Below, piece after piece: positions 13,768-25,900 of a stretch of DNA of 58,070 nt. The stretch is from Dimargaris cristalligena (lineage: Eukaryota). The position numbers were made by a program, and so were the translations under genes. The notes under the pieces were generated by a model. The model had not been told where the DNA came from and did not search any database. It worked only from the letters and a program-made list of their open reading frames with translations. The DNA is taken from NCBI GenBank assembly GCA_003614675.1, contig ML002250.1, positions 1-58,070 of the forward strand. Reading direction: 5' to 3'. Position 1 is the stretch's first letter; every line of letters starts with the position of its first letter.

Positions 13768-14900
13768 GCCGCAATTGAGAGCTCTGAATGAACGAAATGC
13801 GAGGAAAAAGAGTGGAAGAAGAGCCGGTGGGGAGACGACAAGGCGCCAATGCGGAGGTCAGTGATGAGTCAAGGAAAGAAAAAGAAATTAAGCGGAAGTG
13901 AATCCAGCGCGCAGTCCAGAAGTAACATGAGCACTAGGGTTTATAGTAGAAAAAAAAGGTATTCGGGAGAGATTCATTAAGGGATGTCGAATGGCGTTGC
14001 ACTTAATATACACATTACTAGTCGCACCAAAGGCTGGCGGTGGGAACAGCGCGAAGTTGCGAACGTAGCGGCACCTGGGCCCTACAGCAACCACTTTCCC
14101 TGGTTTGGTACTCAACCGCCACAGTGGCTCTGCGTACAGGAGCCATCCCCCACCAGTAAAGACTAGTCCGATGATGGCTGTTGGCTCTTTCATACTATTC
14201 GACATTATTCTGCATGTTTTAGTGGCAACTAGAGCCACATAGTTTTGGAAGATGCCCAGTGAAGTAAATAAAATTGGCCAGCAATAGAGGCCAGCAACCT
14301 GCATTGCTCAACCGAATGCTGACTATATCCATACCAGGCCAAATGGTGGCTTCCACCTGGAGGGAGGTTTTTGCATCACAAATGCACTCAGTGAATCGAC
14401 CAAAACTGCATTAGATGTGTTTAATAATTCGCACCAGGCTTTCTGTTGGCCTAGTGGCGACCGGGGTGCTTTGATCCTTCAATATCGCACACCTGGCAGA
14501 ATAGTCATATGGGGATTTGGTAAAGGGGGGGAGTATATCGGCTTCAGTGCCAGGAGACCTCCTATTAACAGTGCCCTACTGGGAATTCGGCTAAAATAAT
14601 TCCCAAGGCGGTCCGAATGACAATGAACAACAACCCCACCAATATGCAGCCACATGCCTAATGTCCCTCTAGGCCATTGCCATTTTATATTAATAGACGT
14701 CGAACCTCGCCTATGAACACAATTTGGACACAGACGGGCGCGATTAGATCATTGGATCACATGTTCCATGAACTAGACGAATTAAGGCGGGTGTTTTATA
14801 CGTGGGTTTAAAAGGCGGAGGGAAATACATGATATACGTATACAACCCATCAGGAATAACACAGTGCGACAGGTCTCAAAATCATGCAATATGATAAAAT

Positions 14901-17727
14901 TTAAATAAAATCAAACAAATAGTTTTCAATTTCGAACTGGACGCTGTGGCTAATGTGGCGGATTAGTTCGTAGCTCACATTGCATTTACATTTAATACCG
15001 TCCAGTTGGCTGGCATTTGAAGTCCGAACAAGTAAGCGAAGGGTAACCAGAGACGCGATCTATGGCAGCACCAGTATCCCAATGGTACGCAAGTAATAGT
15101 AGAAGCAGAAGCAGAGCATAAATAGTTAGTAATGAGACTGGATATGGCACTCAATGGACATAAAGAGAATATGTCAAACTTGGGCAAAAAATGAAGTGAA
15201 GCTGCTATTTCAACCGCAACTTTAGTTACCTGAGATTGGATCTCGATGGAATTCTCGATAGGGTCCACTAATATACTATAGAAAATGGCCAGCATGCGTT
15301 CGATGGGGAAGGATTTGGGACCGAGTAGTTGTTGACGGTGCTAAATATGCCATAAGCAAGTGGACATAGCAAAGGGACCGAAGCCATTGATAAATATCGG
15401 GGAAGATAGAGTTAAGGGATGCATATGGGTGAATATATGTGAGAATAGCTTTTAACCAGTAATATTGGCCTTATCTAATGGATTTTTCATTGTACAGCCT
15501 GAATGAACTTCTCCCATATCAAATCGGTCGCTGATTATCACAATTCACCTTTAACTGGTGATCTGGGCAATATCACCAAGGTTTTACAGTAGCTCTAATT
15601 TGTCACATTTATCAACTTACCTTGCCACCAGTATTGGACATCATTTGCTTTTGGATCGCTTGTTTGCCACGTTTCGAATAGCTCGTCGACTCCTTCCCCT
15701 TGGAGAAGAAGCGGACATCCAGGCGGGCGGGGTTGTACGAGGCCAGGAACGATGCGATGAGAAGGAATTTGGTGTAGTAGGGCAAATCGAAATCCACTGT
15801 AATTTCAAAGCCGAGGTATACAGTATCAGGCGTTAGTTTACGTGAGTAGTGCAGCCATTGATTTCAAAAGGATATGGTACAAGTCCTGATAATGAGAGGA
15901 AGACCTGGAAACTGCTATACTCTCGCCCGTTATTGAACCAACAAGGACATGCCTTGGGCAGTATTTAGCAACAGCCTAACGTATAGTGGTCACTTACACT
16001 TGGTTTTGATGCGTAGATGGAGTGCATCCGATTCAATTGGATTGCCCAGTATTGAGGTGCCGGAGTCCTCCGGGTCGCTACTATTATCGTCGCTATCATC
16101 ACCAGGGCGCCGAACGCGGATATGGCGCAGCCATTCTGCACTCGATATTTCCCTCAGATATAGTTTGTCCGCAGCAGCAGCGAAATAGGTTTGGCAAAGG
16201 CGGAATAATTTGGGGACCTCCGACCGTTTGGCTAGAGAGAACGCATGAGGGAAGATTGTAAAAATGCCGTTTCCAATAAGTGAGTGGCGATGGATAAACC
16301 AGAGGTGGTCTAAAGAGTAAAGGCCCCATTCCGAAATAGACGACAATATGTAAGTATGTTAGGGCAGTTAATAACCGCGCGAGAATCGTTTTTCGGACAA
16401 GTGACTTACCGCGACCATCAAAGAGTGGCTCACAAAATTTGGGGAACAACAAGGCCACTAAATGGCGGAGCTCGTTGATGTCCTTGCAGTTTCGGCTGAA
16501 AACATCATAGACTACACTAATAAAACTCAGGTAAAAGTCCAGTGGCTCATCGGAAGGACATTTGAGGGCAAGAATTTTCATAGTGTCTTCTTTGCCGTAG
16601 ATTGGGAACCGGACGAGGAGGGGTTCCTGTATCCCGTTACGCGGCCTAAACTTATCCCAGGGCACACAGCTGATGAGGATAATGGTAGTCGGGATATCCG
16701 TCTAGTGATTCATGCGGAAAAAGGGATTATTTGGAACACAAAACAAAACGAGGGCTGAAATGGGTGAGTTCCAAACTATGAGATGCCGGTATCGTTTGGT
16801 GTATAAATTCAGGTATAATAGGCTGAGGCCGGACCCGGTAAGCAATAGTGCACTATAGACTCTTCCTTGGTGGATGACAGTATATTTGATGATGGCCGTG
16901 GAAATCATAAACATATTATTATCGACTAAATAGTGGAATGATTACCAGCTCAGCAATGCGGAGGAACGCCGGCAGGAAGGTGGGCCCCATATCACGGAGT
17001 TTTTCCGCGTTATCGAATACCTACAAATCATATGGAAAACGATATGATGGCATCTAGACCACATATGAAAATTAGTTGCTATATAAAGAGAGAAGGAATG
17101 CAATGAGAACCCCAAATAATAGTCGGATTCTGGATAAATTGATGCAGCAATCAGAGGCCAGCAAGGTCAAACTTACAATGTAGCGGGGTAACTGATGGGC
17201 GCCATCGAGTCGCCTCATAAAGCTAATAAATTCCTGCATCGAGTCGCATTTGACATTGCTCAGGAACCCCGTTTCAAAACTGGGATGTGAGTCGCCTAGC
17301 TGCTTAAGGATATGTTCAAAGACCAAGCGGGGGGTATAGCATTCGACGCAGCTTATGTAGGCGGCGTGAGTCGAGTCAAATATCTCACTCAGGATAAACC
17401 GGACAATGCTTGTTTTGCCGGTTGATTCATGGCCGTAAATAAACAGAAACGGGGGGCTAGTGTCTGCGGGCTAAGAGGATATATAGGTAAACGAATAAAC
17501 CCGACAGAAGAATTAGGGGGGTTAGAGCTATGCCAATGGAATCGAAGCTTTAAAGTAGGAACCAAGAGGAAATGCCCCCGGTAGAAGTAGCGGCCCGATG
17601 AAATCGGCTAGGCGGGACCTACTTGACCAAGGTACCGTAACAGTTGGTCGACCTGGGGCTCCCGACCGGGAAAGCGCTGGGCAGCGCTTCGGCGAAGTAG
17701 CGTTAAATTAACCGTCGAGGCAGTCAT
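14901..17727 (-). CDS. ORC5: Origin recognition complex subunit 5, ~481 aa, 8 exons
   Basis: Exons 17727-17623, 17470-17177, 17020-16946, 16701-16410, 16231-15998, 15796-15621, 15340-15230, 15059-14901. Motifs FPGREPQV, Walker A IYGHESTGKT, VFDNAEKLRD, LPYYTKFLLIASFLASYNPARLD, LLGPKSFPIERMLAIF and IASLVTLRLL. Confidence 0.93.
15423..15519 (-). mobile_element. MITE family copy 2 (97-bp shortened derivative inside an ORC5 intron)
   Basis: Near-identical to the reverse complement of 28631-~28727. Ends are ATATGGGTGAA and TTCTCCCATAT. Lies in intron 15341-15620. Confidence 0.85.
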
Positions 17728-18107
17728 TTGGCGAATCGTTCTTTTCGGAAGGTCAATGGGCTCTCAACAGTAACAAGCGGTTGAAGAACGGCACTCCAGC
17801 GAGAGGCCTTGGGATGTAGAATAAAGCGGAATCACTAGTTGGGAAAGGGATAGAGTTTAAAATGGTATATGGATTTCCACTACTTCATGTAAACCCTGAG
17901 TAGATCATGGTGGAGTCTGCTGGAAATCCTACCCCCAAGTGCACTTGAGGGTTATTTAGTGCTCAATAGGTTTAGAGTTGTCAATACAATGAGCCTGCCA
18001 ATCGTGGGGCCTTTTTCAGACTAAGTTATAAACAACCCATTGTGTACCCTTTTAGTTTGGCCTATTTACGGGCTAATCATGTGGGCTAAAATATCGGTAC
18101 ATAATGG

Positions 18108-18254
18108 ATATGGGTGGAATTCAGCGCGGCTGTAAAAGGCTATAATTAAAGAATGGATGGGAAAATATATTGAAGATTTGGTTTTAACAAGTAGTAGTAT
18201 TAGCCTCATCCTACGGATTTATTGTTATACAATCCAGTCGAACCTCTCCCATAT
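18108..18254 (-). mobile_element. MITE family copy 3 (diverged)
   Basis: ATATGGGTGGAATTCAGCGCGGCTGTAAAAGG...GTTATACAATCCAGTCGAACCTCTCCCATAT; colinear with 54247-54390. Confidence 0.75.
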
Positions 18255-19139
18255 TGAGATTATTTGAGTGACTGTCCTTATTCTCCATTGTCATTTGGGG
18301 TGGTTGGTACTTCACTTTATTGACGAACTCAAAGAGAGAACCTTGATCTTTCTTTACGAATGCGATTCTTTATTATCCTCAATGAATTAGTAACTAGTCA
18401 AAACTTGACCCTCCCAGACCTAGTAGTAATTGATTGCCAATGTAGAGGTTTCAGCTAACAGTATATTTTACGGCCCAAATACCATTGAAAGAATAGCTGA
18501 CATTCGCTTCTCTTTAGTTCAACCTGCCTCAGTGCCACCTGCACTGTATGATTGTAACAATGCCTTGATGGATATCCAGTCTATAGACCGTATATATACC
18601 TGTTGACGATTTCCCTCAAGTGCCAAATTGCGCGCACAGTCCTTGATACTTAACACCACCGTACTGACATGGTAATAATCATCCGGTGATTAAAGTTAAG
18701 GCCCTCCTTTCTCAGTCATTGCCTTATGTTTCAAATCAGTCACCAACCTAGATTGTAAGTTTCAAATCGGATTAACGGGTTTTTATTGGCACACTTCAGT
18801 TTATCGTGTTAAATAACCAAAGTAATTTTGGCCGGCACATCTCTAGGTTCCACCTTATTGCACCGACTTCCAGCATCCACTAATTATATTCAAGTGAGGG
18901 CGACTAAATTGGGATACCTCCTATACTTATCAATCAGCCAGTTAGCCATATCCTAGTATCCCCACTATCTGTTCTCACTGTCGCGCTTAATGATTGAAGA
19001 GATTAAAGCCGACCAGCTTTCAGCTCTCGACACAGCCATGTCCCAATGGTATTAATGAGAAGCGGAAATTCAATCACTATAGGTATTACCTCCATTTGGC
19101 CATTCTCGCCTCCCTCCCAACACCATACATTATGTATTC

Positions 19140-19284
19140 ATACGGAAGAGGTTCAACCAGGCCTTATAACGACAAATCCGTTGGCTGAGGCAAAAACTGC
19201 TGGTTACAAAATCATCATCCCGCCTACTTTCCTAGGCACATATCATTTAAAACATATAATTGTCCAAATTGATCTTGTCTGTAT
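19140..19284 (+). mobile_element. MITE family copy 4 (strongly diverged)
   Basis: ATACGGAAGAGGTTCAACCAGGCCTTATAACGACAAATCCGTTGGCTGAGGC matches ATATGGGAGAAGTTCATTCAGGCTGTATAATGAAAAATCCATTGGATGAGGC of copy 5. The 3' end is approximate. Confidence 0.65.
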
Positions 19285-21261
19285 ACTACCGCCTTTATTA
19301 TTCTCAAATTGCAATTGCCATTTAGAAATTTCCCTTCGCAACCTTATTTCGAGTATCCTCTGAACCCACTCCTCCCAGATGCGGGTTATTCTGGCAGCAA
19401 CTAGGACTTTACCCTAAAACACTCACCCTTATATTGATATTCATGTTTATGATTATATATTAAGTGTCCGATTGGGCCATATTGCGACCGGTAAGGTGGG
19501 GGCGCTTGCCTATTCCCCTACCTTGCCCCGACCCTCTCATTTAACAAAGCGTGACAGTCCTTTATAACCACCCTCTCCATTCATGCTACTCATATTACTC
19601 TTTTCGAGAGCAGCGTGCTCAAAGATACCAATAGGCAAGCAAAAGTGGTGCTGCATCACCCATCGGAAACATCGAACATCACGGCTTTTCCTAGCTGATG
19701 CCATAGTGACTGGTGAATGGTACACGCCTATCCCCTAGGTGACCTGCCCGGCGAATTTAGGAAAAAGGCAATCACGCCGGAGCGAACCATTGTCCGGTAT
19801 TAAAGAGCCTAGAGATCACGGAACAATTCACTGGTTGGGTTGGGCGGTGAATGAAAGAAAGTCGATCTTAATGGCCAAGATGAACGATAACTATACTATC
19901 TCTTCCCCCCTTCTTCGCCATCATCATTCATGTCGCCCCATACTGTGGATTCACTAAAGCGAATCCAAGGTTCAAAGACCAAAGGAATAAAAAAAGGGTG
20001 GTTGTCTAACTTTAAAGACCCTATAGCCGACAGTGCGGTGGATAGGAAAAGGGGGGTACGAGGGAGATGCGGAGTGGACAGGTCTATGTATACACACTAA
20101 AGGGCCAGTGGCCGATCCCTTCCAGTCAATCGTAAAATCCTGGATCGCCGTCAAGTCCGATCATCACTCCTTTCCCTTGCTCCAATCGAAAAAAGACTGT
20201 AAGGAACAAAGGCTAATTTAAACTATCCTAAAGAAAATGGATTGCCACAGCAGGAACCAATGTCGTGAAACGAAGGGGGAGTAAAACGGAGCCACTCACC
20301 CAGTCGCACGGCGCACAGGGGAGAGGGGCGGAGTATGAACCCATGGCCTTTGAAATTGGGGGAATGACAGGCCGTATATAATCGGTACCGCCATATTACA
20401 GGCTCTCTCCGCCACGGGGAGACCTGTATTTTTATAAAAATAACCCCCCCCCTAAATTGGATAGTAGATATAGGTGCTATAATAGTGCCTTGGTACATCC
20501 ACACCTTCGGACTCCGATACTAGTGAGCCTTACGCCTATTGGAAAATGCAACTGTAGAGGGTCGATCTATGGGGTTGGTCTTACGGGCAATCGTAGAATT
20601 ATCAACGAACAAGCACGATGACGCTGAAGTTGATGAGGCAATTTGGGTGATCCTTTTTCCCTTTGCAACTCAAAAAGGGTTAGGATTAGGGGGAGGGTAT
20701 AGCAGGGACGATCGTGGCGAGGGCTAGATAGGCCCTATAATTAGATATTGCGGATGAGGGAGCTTCCTTCAATCGGAGCTCCAGGATAGATTGGGTGTAA
20801 AGTTAGTCATTTATTTACATGGTGGGTCATGATTCAAGATATTCGAGAGACCAGCTGGCTTAAATATTACCAATAGAGGGGGTACAATAGACAAGAAGAG
20901 GTATAAGTCGCATAGGGATAAAAATATATAAGTATATTACTGTAATAGTGATCGGTAAACGATGCTATTTTTTTTTTGGAATAGGATTCAGGACAGAGGG
21001 TACACAGCTGAAACATACAATACTGGAAACAATAATATAGTCATGGGGGTAGCCGAGATGGATTATGGTCAGGTTCCGTGTCCTGGTGGAAGGTATTGTT
21101 CATTAGTCAACCGTAGTGTGGGTTTCGGAAGGCCAGAGGGGAGAGGGCACACGGGGAACGGTGGGGGGAGTGATGCAGAGTATAACAAACTGAGATGGGC
21201 CGAATGCAGTGGTGGAAGGGAGGGAGGGTGAGGGCCGCTGTTTCATCCGCTCGGTTACGCT

Positions 21262-22902
21262 CTAAATCCCCGAGGAGACGTTGCCGTAACCGCTGTTAGC
21301 ATACTGTGATACAGAGTAGGGATCCGGTGAGGCAAACGCCTGGTGGTTTGCATAGGGGTTGGAGGAATCCGCTGTGGGTTGTGGTAGGCTGCAGGCCATA
21401 TCTAAAGCCCGGTCACCAATGGACTGCGACTCGTACCCGTTGGCCATGCCCTGGTTGGAGGATAGTACGAAATCCTGCACATCAGAAGGGAGGGTGGCCA
21501 TCGTCTGAATGCGCTGCTGCTGGCCTCGGCCATCCAGGCCACTGCTGGGGGAATGGTGGCTATTGGATTCAAAAGACTTGCTGTCGCTCATATCCGATAC
21601 GAGGGTCGACTGCTCCCATTCGGATAGGAAATGGCGGTATCCGTTGGCGTTGGTCGCTTCCTTGGCGGGCATACTACCGTCGTAGGCGTTAGCCGACGAT
21701 GCGGAGTTGGATGAGGTTGAGGGGGGAGGGAGGTGGCTAGAGCCGGCGGGAACCGAAAAGAATTCGTTGGCGGGGACGGAGGCCAACGAGCTGCGGTGGG
21801 ACGGGTATTCGAACCCGAAGGGCTGATCCCGAGCGGCGAGGAGGCCGTCGGGGCGTTCGGGTAGGCGGTGCAGCAAGTCCCCGAGCATGTCGTTGGCGGA
21901 GGACCGACGGGGGCGGGGCCCACCGTCCATACTCCCGGTGGCGGTGGGGGAGAGGGAGCCGGACATGGGCGGCGGTGCGAGGGACTGGCTCCGGTGGTAG
22001 CCGCTGCGGACCCCAAAGGGACTGCCGCGACCGTAGTCTGGCACGGGGTAGCCGCCGCCCACGGGGTAAGGGGAGCTGCCCATCATACCGGACTGGTGGG
22101 GGAGCGAGCTCATGTAGGCGCCGGAGTGGGGAACCCCGAACATGGGTTCGTACTGGCCACCGGTCGCCAGAGCCAAATCCATTCGCTCCCGCTTTTTGGC
22201 GTGCTTGTCGGTCCGGCGAGGGTTGTACTTGTAGTTGGGGTACTTTTTCTTGTGCTCTTCTTTGGCCTGCTCGGCGAGGCGGCCGTAGTGTTCCTTAACG
22301 CTCTCGGGGGCGTTCTTCCACATTTCGCCGACTTTCTTGGAGACGATCTTTTGGTTCATGTTGGGGTTGTCCTTGATGACCAGCTTCTGCATATCTTTCC
22401 GATAGAGCATAAAACTGTTGTGGGGGCGACCGATCTTCTCCTCCTTGGCCCGGGCCTTGCTCTTCATGGGACCGACGGTAGAGAGGGCCTGGGGCAGCTG
22501 GTAAAAATTGCCCTGACCCGGCATGCCGTAGTGCTGGCCGGGATGCTCCATACCCATAGGGTTGGATTGGAACGGGACGCTATCGGGTGGCATCTGCTCG
22601 TAGTAGCCGTGGTAAGCGGGGGTGAAGGCGGGCTGGTGATAGGGCATGTTTTCGATGCCCGTGACGGGGAGGCTGGGCTGGGAGGGGGGCATCATGTAGG
22701 AGGTCGGCATAAAGCTATTCATAGAGGGGGCTGACGAGTGAGCACCGACGTTGTTGTGGCCATGGGCGCCCGGCTGGGGAAGTTGATGGGACAATTGTTC
22801 AATTTGAGGGGTCTCTGGGTAAGGGTTGCTGGTGAAGTCGTCGTACGACCGCGTCGCCTCAGGATGAGAGTTGTGGTAGTGGTTGGGGTGATGGGAGGCC
22901 AT
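21262..22902 (-). CDS. Sequence-specific HMG-box transcription factor (SOX/TCF/MATA_HMG class), ~546 aa, intronless CDS
   Basis: ATG at 22902 in CACACCATGG context (the ORF track starts at an upstream TTG). One HMG box, KIGRPHNSFMLYRKD..VSKKVGEMWKN..YGRLAEQAKEEHKKKYPNYKYNPRR (~22215-22440), flanked by P/Q/S/M-rich low-complexity regions. Confidence 0.9.
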   Translation of the reverse strand: MASHHPNHYHNSHPEATRSYDDFTSNPYPETPQIEQLSHQLPQPGAHGHNNVGAHSSAPSMNSFMPTSYMMPPSQPSLPVTGIENMPYHQPAFTPAYHGYYEQMPPDSVPFQSNPMGMEHPGQHYGMPGQGNFYQLPQALSTVGPMKSKARAKEEKIGRPHNSFMLYRKDMQKLVIKDNPNMNQKIVSKKVGEMWKNAPESVKEHYGRLAEQAKEEHKKKYPNYKYNPRRTDKHAKKRERMDLALATGGQYEPMFGVPHSGAYMSSLPHQSGMMGSSPYPVGGGYPVPDYGRGSPFGVRSGYHRSQSLAPPPMSGSLSPTATGSMDGGPRPRRSSANDMLGDLLHRLPERPDGLLAARDQPFGFEYPSHRSSLASVPANEFFSVPAGSSHLPPPSTSSNSASSANAYDGSMPAKEATNANGYRHFLSEWEQSTLVSDMSDSKSFESNSHHSPSSGLDGRGQQQRIQTMATLPSDVQDFVLSSNQGMANGYESQSIGDRALDMACSLPQPTADSSNPYANHQAFASPDPYSVSQYANSGYGNVSSGI

Positions 22903-25900
22903 GGTGTGTGGATACAGCTTGGGCAATCCCAAAAAGCAGCGAGGGACTAGGGTAGATAGAGGTGGGTGGGTGGGTAAACCGAAACCGAAAATTGGGGTGA
23001 CTTAATTATAAAACAAATAAATCTTGAAGCAGAGGCAGGTAGTGCCGACAATGAAGCTAGTGAGTGAGAGGCGGGAGGTGTCGATAGAGGGGTTGGGAAT
23101 GAATGGATACAGAGTAAATAATCGATGCAAGCAAGATATAACTATGACAAGAGGCTAGACTAAGATATGTGTGTCGGAGGGCGAGATTGAGAACGGTTTG
23201 TAGCGGGTGATATGAGGATCCACGAAGCAAGGAAAGCGGGCAAGCGCGGTCTAAGCGGTGGTATGGTACAAGGAGGGTACAGAGGTATAATAGGGAGAAT
23301 GGCCGATCGATAAGGTCGGAACTATAAATAGGGATTGTAATAGAGGTAAGGTAAAGGAGGCGGAGGTTAGTGGGAACAGCTGTGGCTCGACTGGGAGTAG
23401 AATGTGATGGTGAATGACTTCAGGGCCGGCAAAGGTGTTCCTTTTAAACCTTTTGAAGGATAGCGAGGGGGGAGGTTGGGCGGAGTGCGGGGGCCAAGCC
23501 AATGGATAATTAGGGTGGTTGACGGGAGGGAGAGGAGAGGGAAAGGGGGGGAGGCGACGAATAGTAGAGCAGAATCTCAGGCATAGTGGCAACCGTGATT
23601 GACCAATCCACCAGCAACAGGGACAGCGTCTCTTCCATTCGCCCTTATTGAAGTGGGAGGGCCATTTATAATACGATACTACAGCTAGGCCGATCTGTCC
23701 CTCGAAATTGGGGTGTAGAGCCCGCATTGAAAAGGGGAAGTGGGGTGTTGCCAAATGGGGAAACGATACCAATCTCATCCACACTGTATATCAGGGAAAG
23801 CGTAGTATTGTTATCAGCCCTATTAAACCGGTTCCATTCTAATGCACAAGAGAGGGGAGGAACCGAAACTAAGGGATCGCTATATGAGCATCTTGGTATT
23901 TGGGACTAGGCACCCCCACAGTCGCTCCCCTCAGATAGTCCCCCATTTTTGAATAAATATAAATATATATATATATATATATGTAACATAAAAAACCAGT
24001 GCTGTCTCAGAATGTCACTTCCATCTACATCTCAATAATTGGTGGTCCAAAGATACGCGTGCTCCCTCCCCCCACCCTGCTTTTCTACAGCATTAAGGGC
24101 GATGGAGGTTCCCTTAATGCTGGTCGGGGTGGGAATAATAACCGGCCCAGCCACGACAGGTTTACCACCACCCTTAGGGGGGAAGGAAGGGTCGGCGGGG
24201 AAGAATGACTGCCAGTGTTTGGTCACCGGGGTGTCAGCGTTAAGCTGGTATCTGCAGGTCTACGCGGTCTTACTACCACCTTGCCACCCTGATATCGGCC
24301 TAGGATTATCTCAACAGGCTAAGCTTCCTCGTGCATGAAAACATTTCGGTTTTTCGATATTCCTCGAATGTCCCTCTTCCCCAGTTTTCCATTCTCCATC
24401 CCCCAAACTCCGTGGTTGGTCGCTGGCCATGCGCATCGGTCAATCGGTTTGGTTGTTCAAATACGCCGGTGGTATTGGTTTCCCTTATTCCCTCTTATAC
24501 CTTTCATCGATTGACAGTGTATCGAATGATAATTGTGAAGTGTGAATTTAAGGGGTTTGAAACCCATGTCCCGAAGCGAGTGGCGACGACCTATAACCGC
24601 AGATTTATTTCTGCCCGCAAATGCCGCCATTTGTTGAAATATGGCTATAAAAATAGATGGTTCTGACGAATGGGGCGGACTTTGAATTCGAATTGACTAT
24701 AGTACTATAGGACTCCTAAGCCCGCTGGTTACCCTTGAATGGTGAAGCCTTATAATTTGCAAAATGGAATACGGGAGTAGAATTAAACGTTGGATGTCGT
24801 ATTTTAGAAACGGCGAAGTATGGTCTCCCTTGTGCTGCTTGCCTGACCAACACCGGCGGAGACTAGTGCCATTGTTGTCGTTGGCCAAACCCATTTCAGT
24901 TCATTTTTCTCAATCTGCATTGCGGGCTAACATGGTTAACGTGGCATAACCAAACAATAGGCGATTTCTTTCTGCCCGCCCTCTCTCGCAAAGGCTCCTC
25001 CACTTATACTACTCATCCAATTTCGGTTGAGCTCCCTTTACAGTGACTGTTCAATAGGAAATCCACCAGCTGAGTATGCTGATATGGAGCTCCTGTTGGG
25101 ATTGCCCTTGTGCGTATCGGCTTGGATCGATGCAAATCGTAGGGATATACGCTCAGCGGACGCTCAATAGGCTAACCATAAAATATAGAGGTTTCATTTG
25201 AACGGGCAGATAAGGGATCCGACCATTAATCCTCGATTAAATGAGATTTGGGGTGGTGCTATTTCTGCCTTTTACTATTTTTATTTTAGTTTTTGGCTAA
25301 AGAGCTCGAGAATGGAAAGGGTAATGAGAGAGGATAGCCCTGCTCCCCGACCGGGCTGCCCATATCAATTTTTTTTAAGCCATTATAGTCTACCATTCTC
25401 GTTGTAGAGTAGTCGGAACAGGATTAAGCGAAGTTCCTTGTTTCATCAAGCAGGCTTAGTGGAGAAAAGTACCGCCAGTTCCTCGTAATCTTTGTTCCCC
25501 AATACTGCCACCGATTTTACAATGGCTTCGCTTAATAGCGCCCTTTGGTCCGACGAAATGCCGCTTAGCGGCACAAAGGGGGACAAAAGGACGAGGCGCC
25601 CATCAACGCCCTTGGTACTTGCTCCTCCTCCAGCCGCATTGGTGGACAACAAATGGTCACCCGCCCTCACTTCGAAGTAGGTTGGCAGAGGATTTAGGAA
25701 GCCCTGTATATTTTGGTCTGAAAAAGGGCAAATGAAACTTCTGGCCTGGTATGCAGACGGCTGTAGATAATTTTGCCATATGGAATAGGACGTGTGTGCG
25801 TGTGTATGGGGGAGGGTATCTGCAATAGCAGCCGATAACTGTTCACGAAAGGGGGGTCGATTCGGGTAATGGCCAACGTCCCTCCCAGCTCCCTTATTTC

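Noticed and set aside
21868-22734. 288-aa plus-strand ORF antisense to the HMG gene, and similar ORFs antisense to MOT1 (6622-7947, 13286-13864)
   Set aside because: Shadow ORFs expected from GC-rich, biased codon usage on the coding strand; no recognisable motifs.
23251-23784. 177-aa minus-strand ORF upstream of the HMG gene
   Set aside because: Starts at GTG and reflects a pyrimidine-rich promoter/leader; its composition is not protein-like.
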